Of a stretch of 6,067 nucleotides of DNA, positions 1-5,395 are shown piece by piece. A program made the position numbers and the translations under genes. Source of the DNA: a virus; the IMG/VR virus record IMGVR_UViG_3300038492_000631, positions 1 through 6,067 of that record. One strand, written 5' to 3'. Under the pieces are notes generated by a model. That model was not told where the DNA came from. It did no database searches and saw only the letters and a program-made list of their open reading frames with translations. The stretch's first letter is position 1; each line of letters starts with the position of its first letter.

Positions 1-44
1 ATTGTGTGCCACTCTTCAGTGGCCCCGATTTTGAAGAACTTCAT
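1..44 (-). CDS. Duplicate of the first 14 full codons (plus 2 nt of codon 15) of the 206-aa ORF. It is the same gene as 5392..6012, seen again because of the circular overlap, and is not a separate gene.
   Basis: Position 44 corresponds to 6012 (ATG on the minus strand) after subtracting 5,968. Confidence 0.9.
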   Translation of the reverse strand, partial: MKFFKIGATEEWHT

Positions 45-64
45 GGTTTTTCCCTTGATGTGTC

Positions 65-85
65 ACTAGGGCTGTTCGCCCTGGT
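65..85 (-). repeat. Conserved 21-nt stem-loop element, copy A (viral strand ACCAGGGCGAACAGCCCTAGT). It lies 20 nt upstream of the 206-aa ORF start.
   Basis: Exact 21/21 identity with 1997-2017 and 3454-3474. Internal inverted repeat AGGGC / GCCCT with a 5-nt loop. Confidence 0.9.
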
Positions 86-103
86 GAAGTTATGCCGTTA
101 GGT

Positions 104-126
104 ACCAGGTGCTCTAGGCACCTGGT
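104..126 (-). terminator. Perfect 9-bp hairpin (ACCAGGTGC / TCTAG loop / GCACCTGGT) in the VP1-downstream intergenic region. It is a candidate terminator, mRNA 3' stabiliser or complementary-strand priming structure.
   Basis: The inverted repeat was read directly, and both arms carry CCWGG. It is flanked by direct repeats CCGTTAGGT (95-103) and CCGTTTAGGT (135-144). No U-tract follows on the coding strand. Confidence 0.45.
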
Positions 127-245
127 CCGTCGATCCGTTTAGGTCAGAAGAAATTCCAGAACCTGGATTGCTACCGACGTAAACGCGAGGGCGAATTCAT
201 TCCTGGCATACGCCCTTGCTTTTTTCACCTGGTCGTCAACGCCCA

Positions 246-1904
246 TTAGTCGTTGACCGACGTTTCTTCATTGCGACTGTTGTCCATGAGCGCGCGCGTG
301 TCCGCCCACTCATTGTCGGATTCAACCAACTGGCCGCCGAACTGGGTCAGGCCGCGGATCTTGCCCATTCCCTTGACCTGGATGTCAAAGGGATCCTGGT
401 CCGAATCAATGAACGGATTCTGGTTCATTGACGTTGCGACGTACCACTCCGTCGTAAGCGTCGGATCGGTCGGTTCGACGATCCAGAGCTTTTCGCGGTC
501 CTGGTCGTAGGTCGGCGAGCCGTTGTCGCGGAAGTACTTGCCACCGATCCTGGTGGCAACGACATTCCACTGATCGTTCTTTGGCATGAAGCCGAAGGTG
601 TCGGTACCGGCGGAATGCTCCACGTCAATGTGGGAATTTTCGACCACCTCGACGGGCTCGACGTCCAGGAAGTCACGTAGTGCCTGGGGAAGGTCCGAAA
701 CGTCGCCGGCTTCAAGCCAGTAGTTTTTCTGACGCTCGAAAATCTGGTCGGGAAGGATCTCAACCAGGATCATGATGGTTCCTCCGCACTGGACCGGAGG
801 CGTTGCCAGGTTGAGCTTGAAGATGCCAGCGCCCTGGCTGGTTTTCTCATCCAGGCTACCGGCGGTCGTCGAATACCTGGTCGACGTACCCAGGGCGCCC
901 ATCGTTGTGTCCAGGAGGATCGGTTGCTTGTACATCTGGTCGGAAATCTCCAGACCCATCATGAGCCGGTCGATTTCCCAATCCTCATCCAGGCCAGTGT
1001 ACTTCTGCCGAAGCTTTGCGAACTTCTCGGTCCGACGAGCCGCCGCCACGTCGGCAAGCGACATGGTCAGCGAGCCGTCGGTGAGCTCCGCCCACAAGTT
1101 CGGATAGCCCGGATTGTCCGGATCCTCCTCGACATGGATATTCTGCGTATTGGTGACTGCCGTCGCCGCGTATTCCGTCTCGATCCCGCCGGTCTCGCGA
1201 ACGGTCACGTTGGTGTTCGGATACGTCGATCCTTCCCGGCCAATACCGCGCAGGTTGAGCTTTGACTGGACTACGTCAATGTCCACGGCACCGATGATCA
1301 GCTCCTGGTCGTATTCCGACACAATGTTGTTGAACTGCCGATGGTGCCAGAACGCCGGCGCGACATCGGTCAGGAATTCGTCGCGAAGAATGATGTTCTT
1401 GGAGCGGTTCTTGGCCCGGTGATTCCAGATGATGTTGTAGCACTCGACGTAGTCGGTGTTCGCGTTCGCGGAATCGATGACATGTTCGCCCATGTAGTAA
1501 TGGATGTTGTCCTCATCGGGGGTACCGATATCGCCCACGTTGATGTAGTCGATCGGCGACCCTCCCGAATAGGGAGCCTCACCGTGGTAGCTTCTCATGA
1601 GCTGATCCATCGACCCGTCAAACCTGGCCTTCGCCAGGTTGGGCACCAGGTACGCCGACATCTTGACCGTCACGCCGTTCAACAGCTCATCCGCTGTTTC
1701 ATCCATCCGGACCTTCATGGCAACCGTTGTGCTCCGGAGCTGATCGCCCTGGAGCAGCGGGATTGCCGCCACCGGAATGCACTTGCCAGCAGGCATCGAC
1801 GTCATGACATCGACCGTGTGTGTCCTGGTCGTCTTGGGAATATCGACCGGGGACGTGTTCGTCCTGGCGTTTCCGTAACTGACCTCTGCGTTGTTCTTCC
1901 TCAT
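246..1904 (-). CDS. Major capsid protein VP1 (Microviridae F-protein family).
   Basis: 552-aa ORF, the size typical of gokushovirus-type VP1. The N-terminal segment '...GKCIPVAAIPLLQGDQL...' resembles the conserved VP1 N-terminal 'LPGD' strand. 'YNIIWNHRAKNR' resembles the conserved 'Y-N-x-I-x-N-x-x-Y-R' block. It is syntenic with a microvirus Rep and pilot protein. The start is ATG at 1904 with SD AAGGAAG (complement of 1909-1915) 4 nt upstream (5 nt from the SD's last base to the A of ATG), and the stop is TAA at 248..246. Confidence 0.9.
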   Translation of the reverse strand: MRKNNAEVSYGNARTNTSPVDIPKTTRTHTVDVMTSMPAGKCIPVAAIPLLQGDQLRSTTVAMKVRMDETADELLNGVTVKMSAYLVPNLAKARFDGSMDQLMRSYHGEAPYSGGSPIDYINVGDIGTPDEDNIHYYMGEHVIDSANANTDYVECYNIIWNHRAKNRSKNIILRDEFLTDVAPAFWHHRQFNNIVSEYDQELIIGAVDIDVVQSKLNLRGIGREGSTYPNTNVTVRETGGIETEYAATAVTNTQNIHVEEDPDNPGYPNLWAELTDGSLTMSLADVAAARRTEKFAKLRQKYTGLDEDWEIDRLMMGLEISDQMYKQPILLDTTMGALGTSTRYSTTAGSLDEKTSQGAGIFKLNLATPPVQCGGTIMILVEILPDQIFERQKNYWLEAGDVSDLPQALRDFLDVEPVEVVENSHIDVEHSAGTDTFGFMPKNDQWNVVATRIGGKYFRDNGSPTYDQDREKLWIVEPTDPTLTTEWYVATSMNQNPFIDSDQDPFDIQVKGMGKIRGLTQFGGQLVESDNEWADTRALMDNSRNEETSVND

Positions 1905-1958
1905 GTCACTTCCTTTTCAAGTTTCGGCGGAGTCTTAGAATTGCCGCCTTCATTTTTC

Positions 1959-1977
1959 GCCTGCGTTTTTCGCAGGC
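1959..1977 (-). terminator. 7-bp hairpin GCCTGCG / AAAAA / CGCAGGC between VP2 and VP1.
   Basis: Perfect inverted repeat. A second, weaker hairpin GGCGG(13 nt)CCGCC at 1926-1948 sits between it and the VP1 SD. No U-tract follows on the coding strand. Confidence 0.4.
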
Positions 1978-1996
1978 TTTGCACCTGGCCCGCTTG

Positions 1997-2017
1997 ACTA
2001 GGGCTGTTCGCCCTGGT
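1997..2017 (-). repeat. Conserved 21-nt stem-loop element, copy B. It lies 4 nt downstream of the VP2 stop and 92 nt upstream of the VP1 start.
   Basis: Exact 21-nt identity with the other copies. Confidence 0.9.
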
Positions 2018-2021
2018 CGCG

Positions 2022-3056
2022 CTACCACGTCTCGCCGGTGTGATAGGTCTGTTTCGGTTTCGACCTATTCGGCATTGGTTCGGAGCCGCCGAACAGCCAG
2101 GGCATGATCGGTTCTTCATCGATCTTAGGCCCTTTGCCGTGCCACCATTCCATTCCATGGGCCCAAAGCGCCTGGTCCATGTCTGGGCCCTCAGGATTCG
2201 CGCCCCAAACGGTTCGACCGTTCTTGAGCTTTGTCGGAACCAGGTAACTTCCGCTTTCGCCTGTCCTTGGTTCCCAGGTTGACAGCGCCTCTCCTGGAGT
2301 TGCTTCGTCAGACCTTGACACCATCTTGAGTCCACGTTCCTGGGTCTTCATTCCCTGGTTCAAAAGTTCAAGGCGCTTTTCCAGGATCCTAGTTTCGAGT
2401 TCGTCTCGTTTGTCCTGGACGGGATCGCCGAGTATTGACTGTGCAATATCACCGAGTCCCGCAGCGGTCGCTGCTACGTCCGCAAATACTTCGCTGTCCT
2501 GCATCCCTTGGACAAGGCTTGGGATGCTTCCTGACGACGGCGCTGCGCCTGGTGCTCCTGGAGCTGAGCCTCCGCCGAAGGACATTGGACCGACAGACGG
2601 ACCGCCTCCTGTCGATCCGCCTCCGGAACTGACGGCGCCGAAAGCGGCGGCTGGATTGATTCCCGCCTTACGCAGTCCCTCGACCTGGAGCGAAGGTGCC
2701 TCGCCCAGATCAAAAAGCTGTTGACGACGGTTGCGAAGATAATTCGCATACTGATTTTCCTCTGTCTTACGCCACTCGTAATCCGACGCCTTCCTGTTCA
2801 GCCGAGCCGCCAGGAGAGCGTTGTCATAGTCGTAACCTTGCTGGACCCCCATAAGATCCTTTTGCTGGTCGAGTTGGTAATCCATCTTCTCGAGATCGTG
2901 AACATGGTTCCACTCAGCCATTTTGCGGCCGTACTGAAAATTCAGTGCGGCCGCTTTTCGTTGCGACAGTCCCTGGTTGAACATGCCGCTTAGCGAGCTG
3001 ATGATACTTGCGCCTCCAGACAAAATGCCTGGAAGCGCACCGATGAAGCCAACCAT
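2022..3056 (-). CDS. DNA pilot / minor capsid protein VP2. The ATG at 3056 is preferred; the ORF track extends to a GTG at 3083.
   Basis: Gly/Ser-rich hydrophobic N-terminus 'VGFIGALPGILSGGASIISS'. The motif 'LRKAGINPAAAFG' matches the 'AG(L/I)NP..A(F/Y)' signature of microvirus VP2/pilot proteins. A long Gly/Pro/Ser linker 'GGGSTGGGPSVGPMSFGGGSAPGAPGAAPSSGS' is present. The codon at 3083 is GTG. The in-frame ATG at 3056 is preceded by AAGGGAAAAACC (the same SD context as the 206-aa ORF) and overlaps the upstream stop as TAATG. Confidence 0.85.
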   Translation of the reverse strand: MVGFIGALPGILSGGASIISSLSGMFNQGLSQRKAAALNFQYGRKMAEWNHVHDLEKMDYQLDQQKDLMGVQQGYDYDNALLAARLNRKASDYEWRKTEENQYANYLRNRRQQLFDLGEAPSLQVEGLRKAGINPAAAFGAVSSGGGSTGGGPSVGPMSFGGGSAPGAPGAAPSSGSIPSLVQGMQDSEVFADVAATAAGLGDIAQSILGDPVQDKRDELETRILEKRLELLNQGMKTQERGLKMVSRSDEATPGEALSTWEPRTGESGSYLVPTKLKNGRTVWGANPEGPDMDQALWAHGMEWWHGKGPKIDEEPIMPWLFGGSEPMPNRSKPKQTYHTGETW

Positions 3057-3238
3057 TAAGGTTTTTCCCTTCCTCGCAGCCACTCCGACACGATGCTGAT
3101 TGCCGCCGTGACCAAAACGGCAATCGCATTTGCCACTGCCGTTTCATCAACGACAGCGGACGCCACCGCGCCGCCGGTCACCAGGTGTGACACCCGATTG
3201 ACGACGCGGTTAGTAAGTATTCCGACAACTTTTTTCAT
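3056..3238 (-). CDS. Small 60-aa membrane protein (hypothetical). It is a candidate holin-like or virion/pilot-associated membrane peptide.
   Basis: ATG at 3238 with SD AAAGGA 4 nt upstream ('GAAAGGAAAACATG'). Hydrophobic segment 'AVANAIAVLVTAAISIV' followed by a charged tail 'SEWLRGREKP'. The stop TAA overlaps the VP2 ATG (TAATG). Confidence 0.6.
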   Translation of the reverse strand: MKKVVGILTNRVVNRVSHLVTGGAVASAVVDETAVANAIAVLVTAAISIVSEWLRGREKP

Positions 3239-3741
3239 GTTTTCCTTTCACACCAGGGAATGTACGGCCTGGATGTTCCGTCGCCGCGATTCGCGACTGG
3301 CCTAGCCTTGCAGTGATTTGTTAGGTCGCGCAAGCTATCGCTTGAATGTTTTCCACCATGCAACCTTTTTTGTTTCTGCTTTGCTGGCCGGTTAGGTCGC
3401 GTTTCGCGCTCTAGGTTCCTCGCTTCGCGAGTTACCTGGAACGCGGCCCGCCAACTAGGGCTGTTCGCCCTGGTCGGCTCCGCCCTGGTTTTCCTGACAG
3501 GCATTTCACCTGGTTGAAGCCTGGTGACCCTCACGGTCCTTGCCCTGAGGTCCGGCCTGGTTGTCGTTCTTGATCTCCGACGGCTTTCCAACTCTGGAAA
3601 GCCCTCGACTGCCAAACGCATCAGCCTCTCGAAATCGGTCTGACGCCTTTGGATTTTCGTGCTCTTTCTTGGTGCGCGCGAGCGGTTTTCCTGTATGCGG
3701 CGGCTACGACGCCGCCGCTTTTTGTAGGAAGCCATCGCCAT
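3235..3741 (-). CDS. Arginine-rich basic protein, a possible J/VP8-like internal DNA-binding protein. The coding status of the distal two-thirds is uncertain.
   Basis: The ORF starts inside the last 40 codons of rep in another frame. AAGGGGA lies upstream of the two ATGs (3741 and 3735, with better spacing to 3735). The N-terminus 'KKRRRRSRRIQENRSRAPRKSTKIQRRQ' is protamine-like, as expected for microvirus DNA-packaging proteins. Against full-length coding: the ORF runs through DNA-level repeats (the 21-mer, and 11-mers in different frames), and 168 aa is far longer than known J/VP8 proteins. Confidence 0.45.
   Translation of the reverse strand: MAMASYKKRRRRSRRIQENRSRAPRKSTKIQRRQTDFERLMRLAVEGFPELESRRRSRTTTRPDLRARTVRVTRLQPGEMPVRKTRAEPTRANSPSWRAAFQVTREARNLERETRPNRPAKQKQKRLHGGKHSSDSLRDLTNHCKARPVANRGDGTSRPYIPWCERKT
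3320..3330 (-). repeat. 11-nt direct repeat GTTAGGTCGCG (viral strand CGCGACCTAAC), copy 1.
   Basis: Exact repeat of 3391-3401, 71 nt away. The core GTTAGGT also occurs at 97-103, and a variant GTTTAGGT at 137-144, in the other long non-coding region. Confidence 0.7.
3391..3401 (-). repeat. 11-nt direct repeat GTTAGGTCGCG, copy 2.
   Basis: Exact identity with 3320-3330. The 71-nt spacing is not a multiple of 3, so the two copies fall in different frames of the Arg-rich ORF. Confidence 0.7.
3454..3474 (-). repeat. Conserved 21-nt stem-loop element, copy C. It lies 146 nt downstream of the rep stop, inside the Arg-rich ORF.
   Basis: Exact 21-nt identity. It is preceded on the viral strand by a partial tandem copy, ACCAGGGCG, 15 nt upstream. 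Copies B and C also share GCGGGCC just downstream. Confidence 0.9.
3582..3603 (-). terminator. Perfect 9-bp hairpin GGCTTTCCA / 4-nt loop / TGGAAAGCC, 17 nt downstream of the rep stop.
   Basis: The inverted repeat was read directly. Its position immediately 3' of rep fits a phiX-like leaky terminator or RNA-stabilising hairpin. No U-tract follows. Confidence 0.45.
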
Positions 3742-4652
3742 TCCCCTTCACTGTTTTGTTTGAAAACCTCGATGAACCCAACTACAGGGTTCACCGTCGC
3801 CCACAAGCGCAACATTTCATCCCAGAAAACCGGACTTTGCTTGTACGGAGCTTCCGGTTTTTCTGTTGCGCTTCGATGCTCAAACTGCATACGCAGCTCG
3901 ACATCCTGGTCTCTTGCGATTTTGTCCTGGTAGGCTTCCAGGTACTCGCTGGAACCTGGCAAGGTTCCACGCTCCTTGCACCACAGCTCCTGGAAATCTT
4001 CCAGGAAAATCTGTGCCGCCCTACCTCTCAATTTATGAATCTGACCGTCTAACTCGTAACGGTCATCTTGTGGCACCAACCCCTGGCTGACGTAGTCTGC
4101 AGCCAGGTCGCGGATAAACTTGCGCCCTATTATCGGTTGGGTGCTCATCCGGAGTGGTTCTGTCATCACTCCGTGTTTCGCGTAGCGGTCCTTGAGCGCA
4201 TATTTGACGACGTACTTTATCTGAACGTCCTCTGTCGGCCTGGTCAAATAGACGAAGCCATTTTGCCAGTATTTGCACTCTTGCTTTTCCTTTCGCTCCG
4301 CAAAATTTTCGTAGGGATCGCTACCAGCGCCCCACAGAAGCATGTGCCAGTGGGCACGTCCTTTCCTGGAGCCGTATTCTCCGGCAACCAGGTAACGCAC
4401 GTTGTAACCGGCTTTCCGAAGCCGTTTGAGGAAATTTTGAACATCGCGATAGGAAAGCACCACGGCTGACGCCGGGTCCTTTCCGTCAGCTCCTGGTCGA
4501 TAAGTCAGGTCCAACCTGACAAACCAGGAGGCTTCCTTGGTTTCTGTTTTTATTCTGCCAAGCCAGTCGTTCACCAGGACCGACTGGCATTGCCAGCATT
4601 CCTTACACCCGATTTTCAGGCCACTGGGCAAGACGCCTGGGTTGATACACAT
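3621..4652 (-). CDS. Replication initiation protein VP4 (HUH rolling-circle endonuclease, Microviridae Rep / phiX gene-A-like).
   Basis: N-terminal Cys cluster 'MCINP...GCKECWQC'. Motif I-like 'FVRLDLTY'. HUH motif 'RAHWHMLLW' (codons at about 4344-4352). Two-tyrosine catalytic motif 'KYVVKYALK' (Y147 and Y151, about 4200-4214), closely resembling phiX174 A 'YVAKYVNK'. ATG at 4652, and AAAGGA upstream. Confidence 0.93.
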   Translation of the reverse strand: MCINPGVLPSGLKIGCKECWQCQSVLVNDWLGRIKTETKEASWFVRLDLTYRPGADGKDPASAVVLSYRDVQNFLKRLRKAGYNVRYLVAGEYGSRKGRAHWHMLLWGAGSDPYENFAERKEKQECKYWQNGFVYLTRPTEDVQIKYVVKYALKDRYAKHGVMTEPLRMSTQPIIGRKFIRDLAADYVSQGLVPQDDRYELDGQIHKLRGRAAQIFLEDFQELWCKERGTLPGSSEYLEAYQDKIARDQDVELRMQFEHRSATEKPEAPYKQSPVFWDEMLRLWATVNPVVGFIEVFKQNSEGEWRWLPTKSGGVVAAAYRKTARAHQERARKSKGVRPISRG

Positions 4653-4690
4653 CCGTTTTTATCCTTTGCCTTCAATCGGGTGTCAGGAAA

Positions 4691-4714
4691 GACACTATTA
4701 TACAAGTTGGTGTC
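4691..4714 (-). promoter_or_regulatory. Candidate viral-strand replication origin / rep promoter region. The stem GACAC/GTGTC encloses CAACTTG followed by TATAATAG on the viral strand.
   Basis: The viral strand reads GACAC-CAACTTGTATAATA-GTGTC. CAACTTG (4709..4703) equals the first 7 nt of the phiX174 30-nt origin, CAACTTG^ATATTAATAAC. It is followed by the most AT-rich patch of the genome and lies 50 nt upstream of the rep ATG. The same TATAAT (4702..4697) is a perfect -10 hexamer, but I found no -35. Confidence 0.4.
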
Positions 4715-4722
4715 TGCCTTCC

Positions 4723-4759
4723 GCCCGCCCCTTCGCCTTATGTTGGCTACGGGGCGGGC
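4723..4759 (-). terminator. GC-rich 9-bp stem (GCCCGCCCC ... GGGGCGGGC) with a 19-nt loop, 12 nt downstream of the M15 peptidase stop.
   Basis: Perfect 9-bp G/C-only inverted repeat. It separates the peptidase from the rep upstream region. Confidence 0.45.
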
Positions 4760-4771
4760 TCCGCTGTTGAC

Positions 4772-5395
4772 TTAGTCAATCAGCTCCCAATGTGCGGGAT
4801 CGTAAAGCGAGTGCTCCAGGACGTTGCCGTCGCTGTCCCAATCTCCGCCGTTGCGGATCGGGATAGCGAGATCCCTTGCCAGGGTGTGGCCCAGCATCAT
4901 AATTGCGGCCCACTCCCCTTTGTTCAGGTTCCAGAACCTGGTCGAGTGAACGATGTCAACGGCTTTTCCGGCAGGATGCTTTCCGCCGGTCTTGATCTTG
5001 CTGAAGCCCTTCTCGTAAAGCTCCCGCTGGCGCTGGGGCGACCGCATTGCTTCCTGGACGTGAAACGGAAGCCGCTGCTTGACCAGGCGTTTACAAAACA
5101 CCTGGGCAAACAGCTTGATTCGCGGATCAACCCCGCGCCAATCCGCCCTGGAGGCGTACCTGGCCGACTTCGCCCTGGCGTTTTCATCGACCAGGCGCTG
5201 GAGCCCGACCGGCTCGGTGTAGCCGTCCACCTTGTAGTGGTTCGGATCGTAGTAAAGCAGCTCCGACGCATTCATTTTCACAATGTCCCGCTGGTCCATG
5301 TACATTCTCCGGATTGTCTTTCTGATGTGATGTGCCTTTGGCCCCGTTGCTGTTCGCAACGAGGCCTCCAGCGCCTTCCTGGCAATGCCGCTCAT
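4772..5395 (-). CDS. Peptidase M15 family zinc peptidoglycan hydrolase (VanY / L-Ala-D-Glu peptidase-like), a putative endolysin with an unassigned ~90-aa N-terminal extension.
   Basis: Catalytic-domain signatures: 'RSPQRQRELYEKG', then 'HPAGKAVDIVH' (H-x-x-G-x-A-x-D zinc ligands), and a C-terminal 'DPAHWEL' (D-x-x-H-x-E, third ligand and catalytic residue). No N-terminal signal peptide is visible. The ATG at 5395 overlaps the upstream stop (ATGA). Confidence 0.85.
   Translation of the reverse strand: MSGIARKALEASLRTATGPKAHHIRKTIRRMYMDQRDIVKMNASELLYYDPNHYKVDGYTEPVGLQRLVDENARAKSARYASRADWRGVDPRIKLFAQVFCKRLVKQRLPFHVQEAMRSPQRQRELYEKGFSKIKTGGKHPAGKAVDIVHSTRFWNLNKGEWAAIMMLGHTLARDLAIPIRNGGDWDSDGNVLEHSLYDPAHWELID

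Larger units (their letters stand above)
1..99. repeat. Terminal redundancy. Identical to 5969-6067, which is the assembly overlap of a circular 5,968-nt genome.
   Basis: Base-by-base comparison: 'attgtgtgccactcttcagtggcc...ggtgaagttatgccgtt' occurs at both ends of the window with an offset of 5,968 nt. Confidence 0.97.

Noticed and set aside
425-763. Embedded alternative-frame minus-strand ORFs inside VP1, VP2, Rep and the M15 peptidase (425..763, 1370..1582, 2474..2749, 2914..3150, 4063..4278, 4244..4444, 4924..5271, 5184..5444), considered as phiX-style overlapping genes such as an E-like lysis protein.
   Set aside because: None has a TM segment, an SD-like sequence or a recognisable motif. 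All are Arg/Ser/Pro-rich, as expected from off-frame translation of GC-rich coding DNA.
1341-1997. 218-aa plus-strand ORF antisense to VP1. Similar cases are 4790..5437 (+, 215 aa, antisense to the M15 peptidase), 3561..4052 (+), 4068..4469 (+) and 5434..5796 (+).
   Set aside because: All lie antisense to well-supported genes. They are R/H/V/L-rich with no recognisable motifs, lack SD-like sequences, and microviruses transcribe one strand only. They are typical GC-driven shadow ORFs.
1901-2335. 144-aa minus-strand ORF overlapping the VP2 C-terminus, reading through the 21-mer in the same frame ('TRANSPS') as the Arg-rich ORF, and ending in ATGA at the VP1 start.
   Set aside because: It starts at a GTG (2335) with no SD, has low-complexity basic content, and overlaps VP2 by about 300 nt. 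In copy A the same frame is closed by a TAA only 4 codons upstream of the 21-mer and contains no start, so a shared 'TRANSPS' peptide is coincidental.
2530-2640. Gly/Pro/Ser-rich stretch in VP2, considered as a tandem DNA repeat or hypervariable cassette.
   Set aside because: I could trace no periodic nucleotide repeat. It looks like a low-complexity flexible linker, which is common in pilot proteins.
4697-4702. Perfect TATAAT -10 hexamer upstream of rep, considered as a sigma70 promoter.
   Set aside because: No acceptable -35 (GGCGGA at 17-nt spacing) and no correctly spaced extended -10 TG. It is kept only as a low-confidence alternative reading of the candidate origin region. The host sigma specificity is unknown.
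4691-4714. dif-like XerC/XerD recombination site, as used by some integrating microviruses.
   Set aside because: Apart from being AT-rich with short outer inverted repeats, the sequence does not resemble the 11-6-11 dif architecture I can recall (for example GGTGCGCATAATGTATATTATGTTAAAT). No integration evidence is visible in this window.
5392-5395. ATGA stop/start overlaps (5392-5395, 3235-3238, 1901-1904) as proof of translational coupling and hence of the upstream ORFs being real.
   Set aside because: Any ATG followed by A creates a TGA in the +1 frame, which will terminate whatever ORF is open there. These junctions are therefore only weak support. I used them as minor evidence and give somewhat more weight to the TAATG at 3054-3058.
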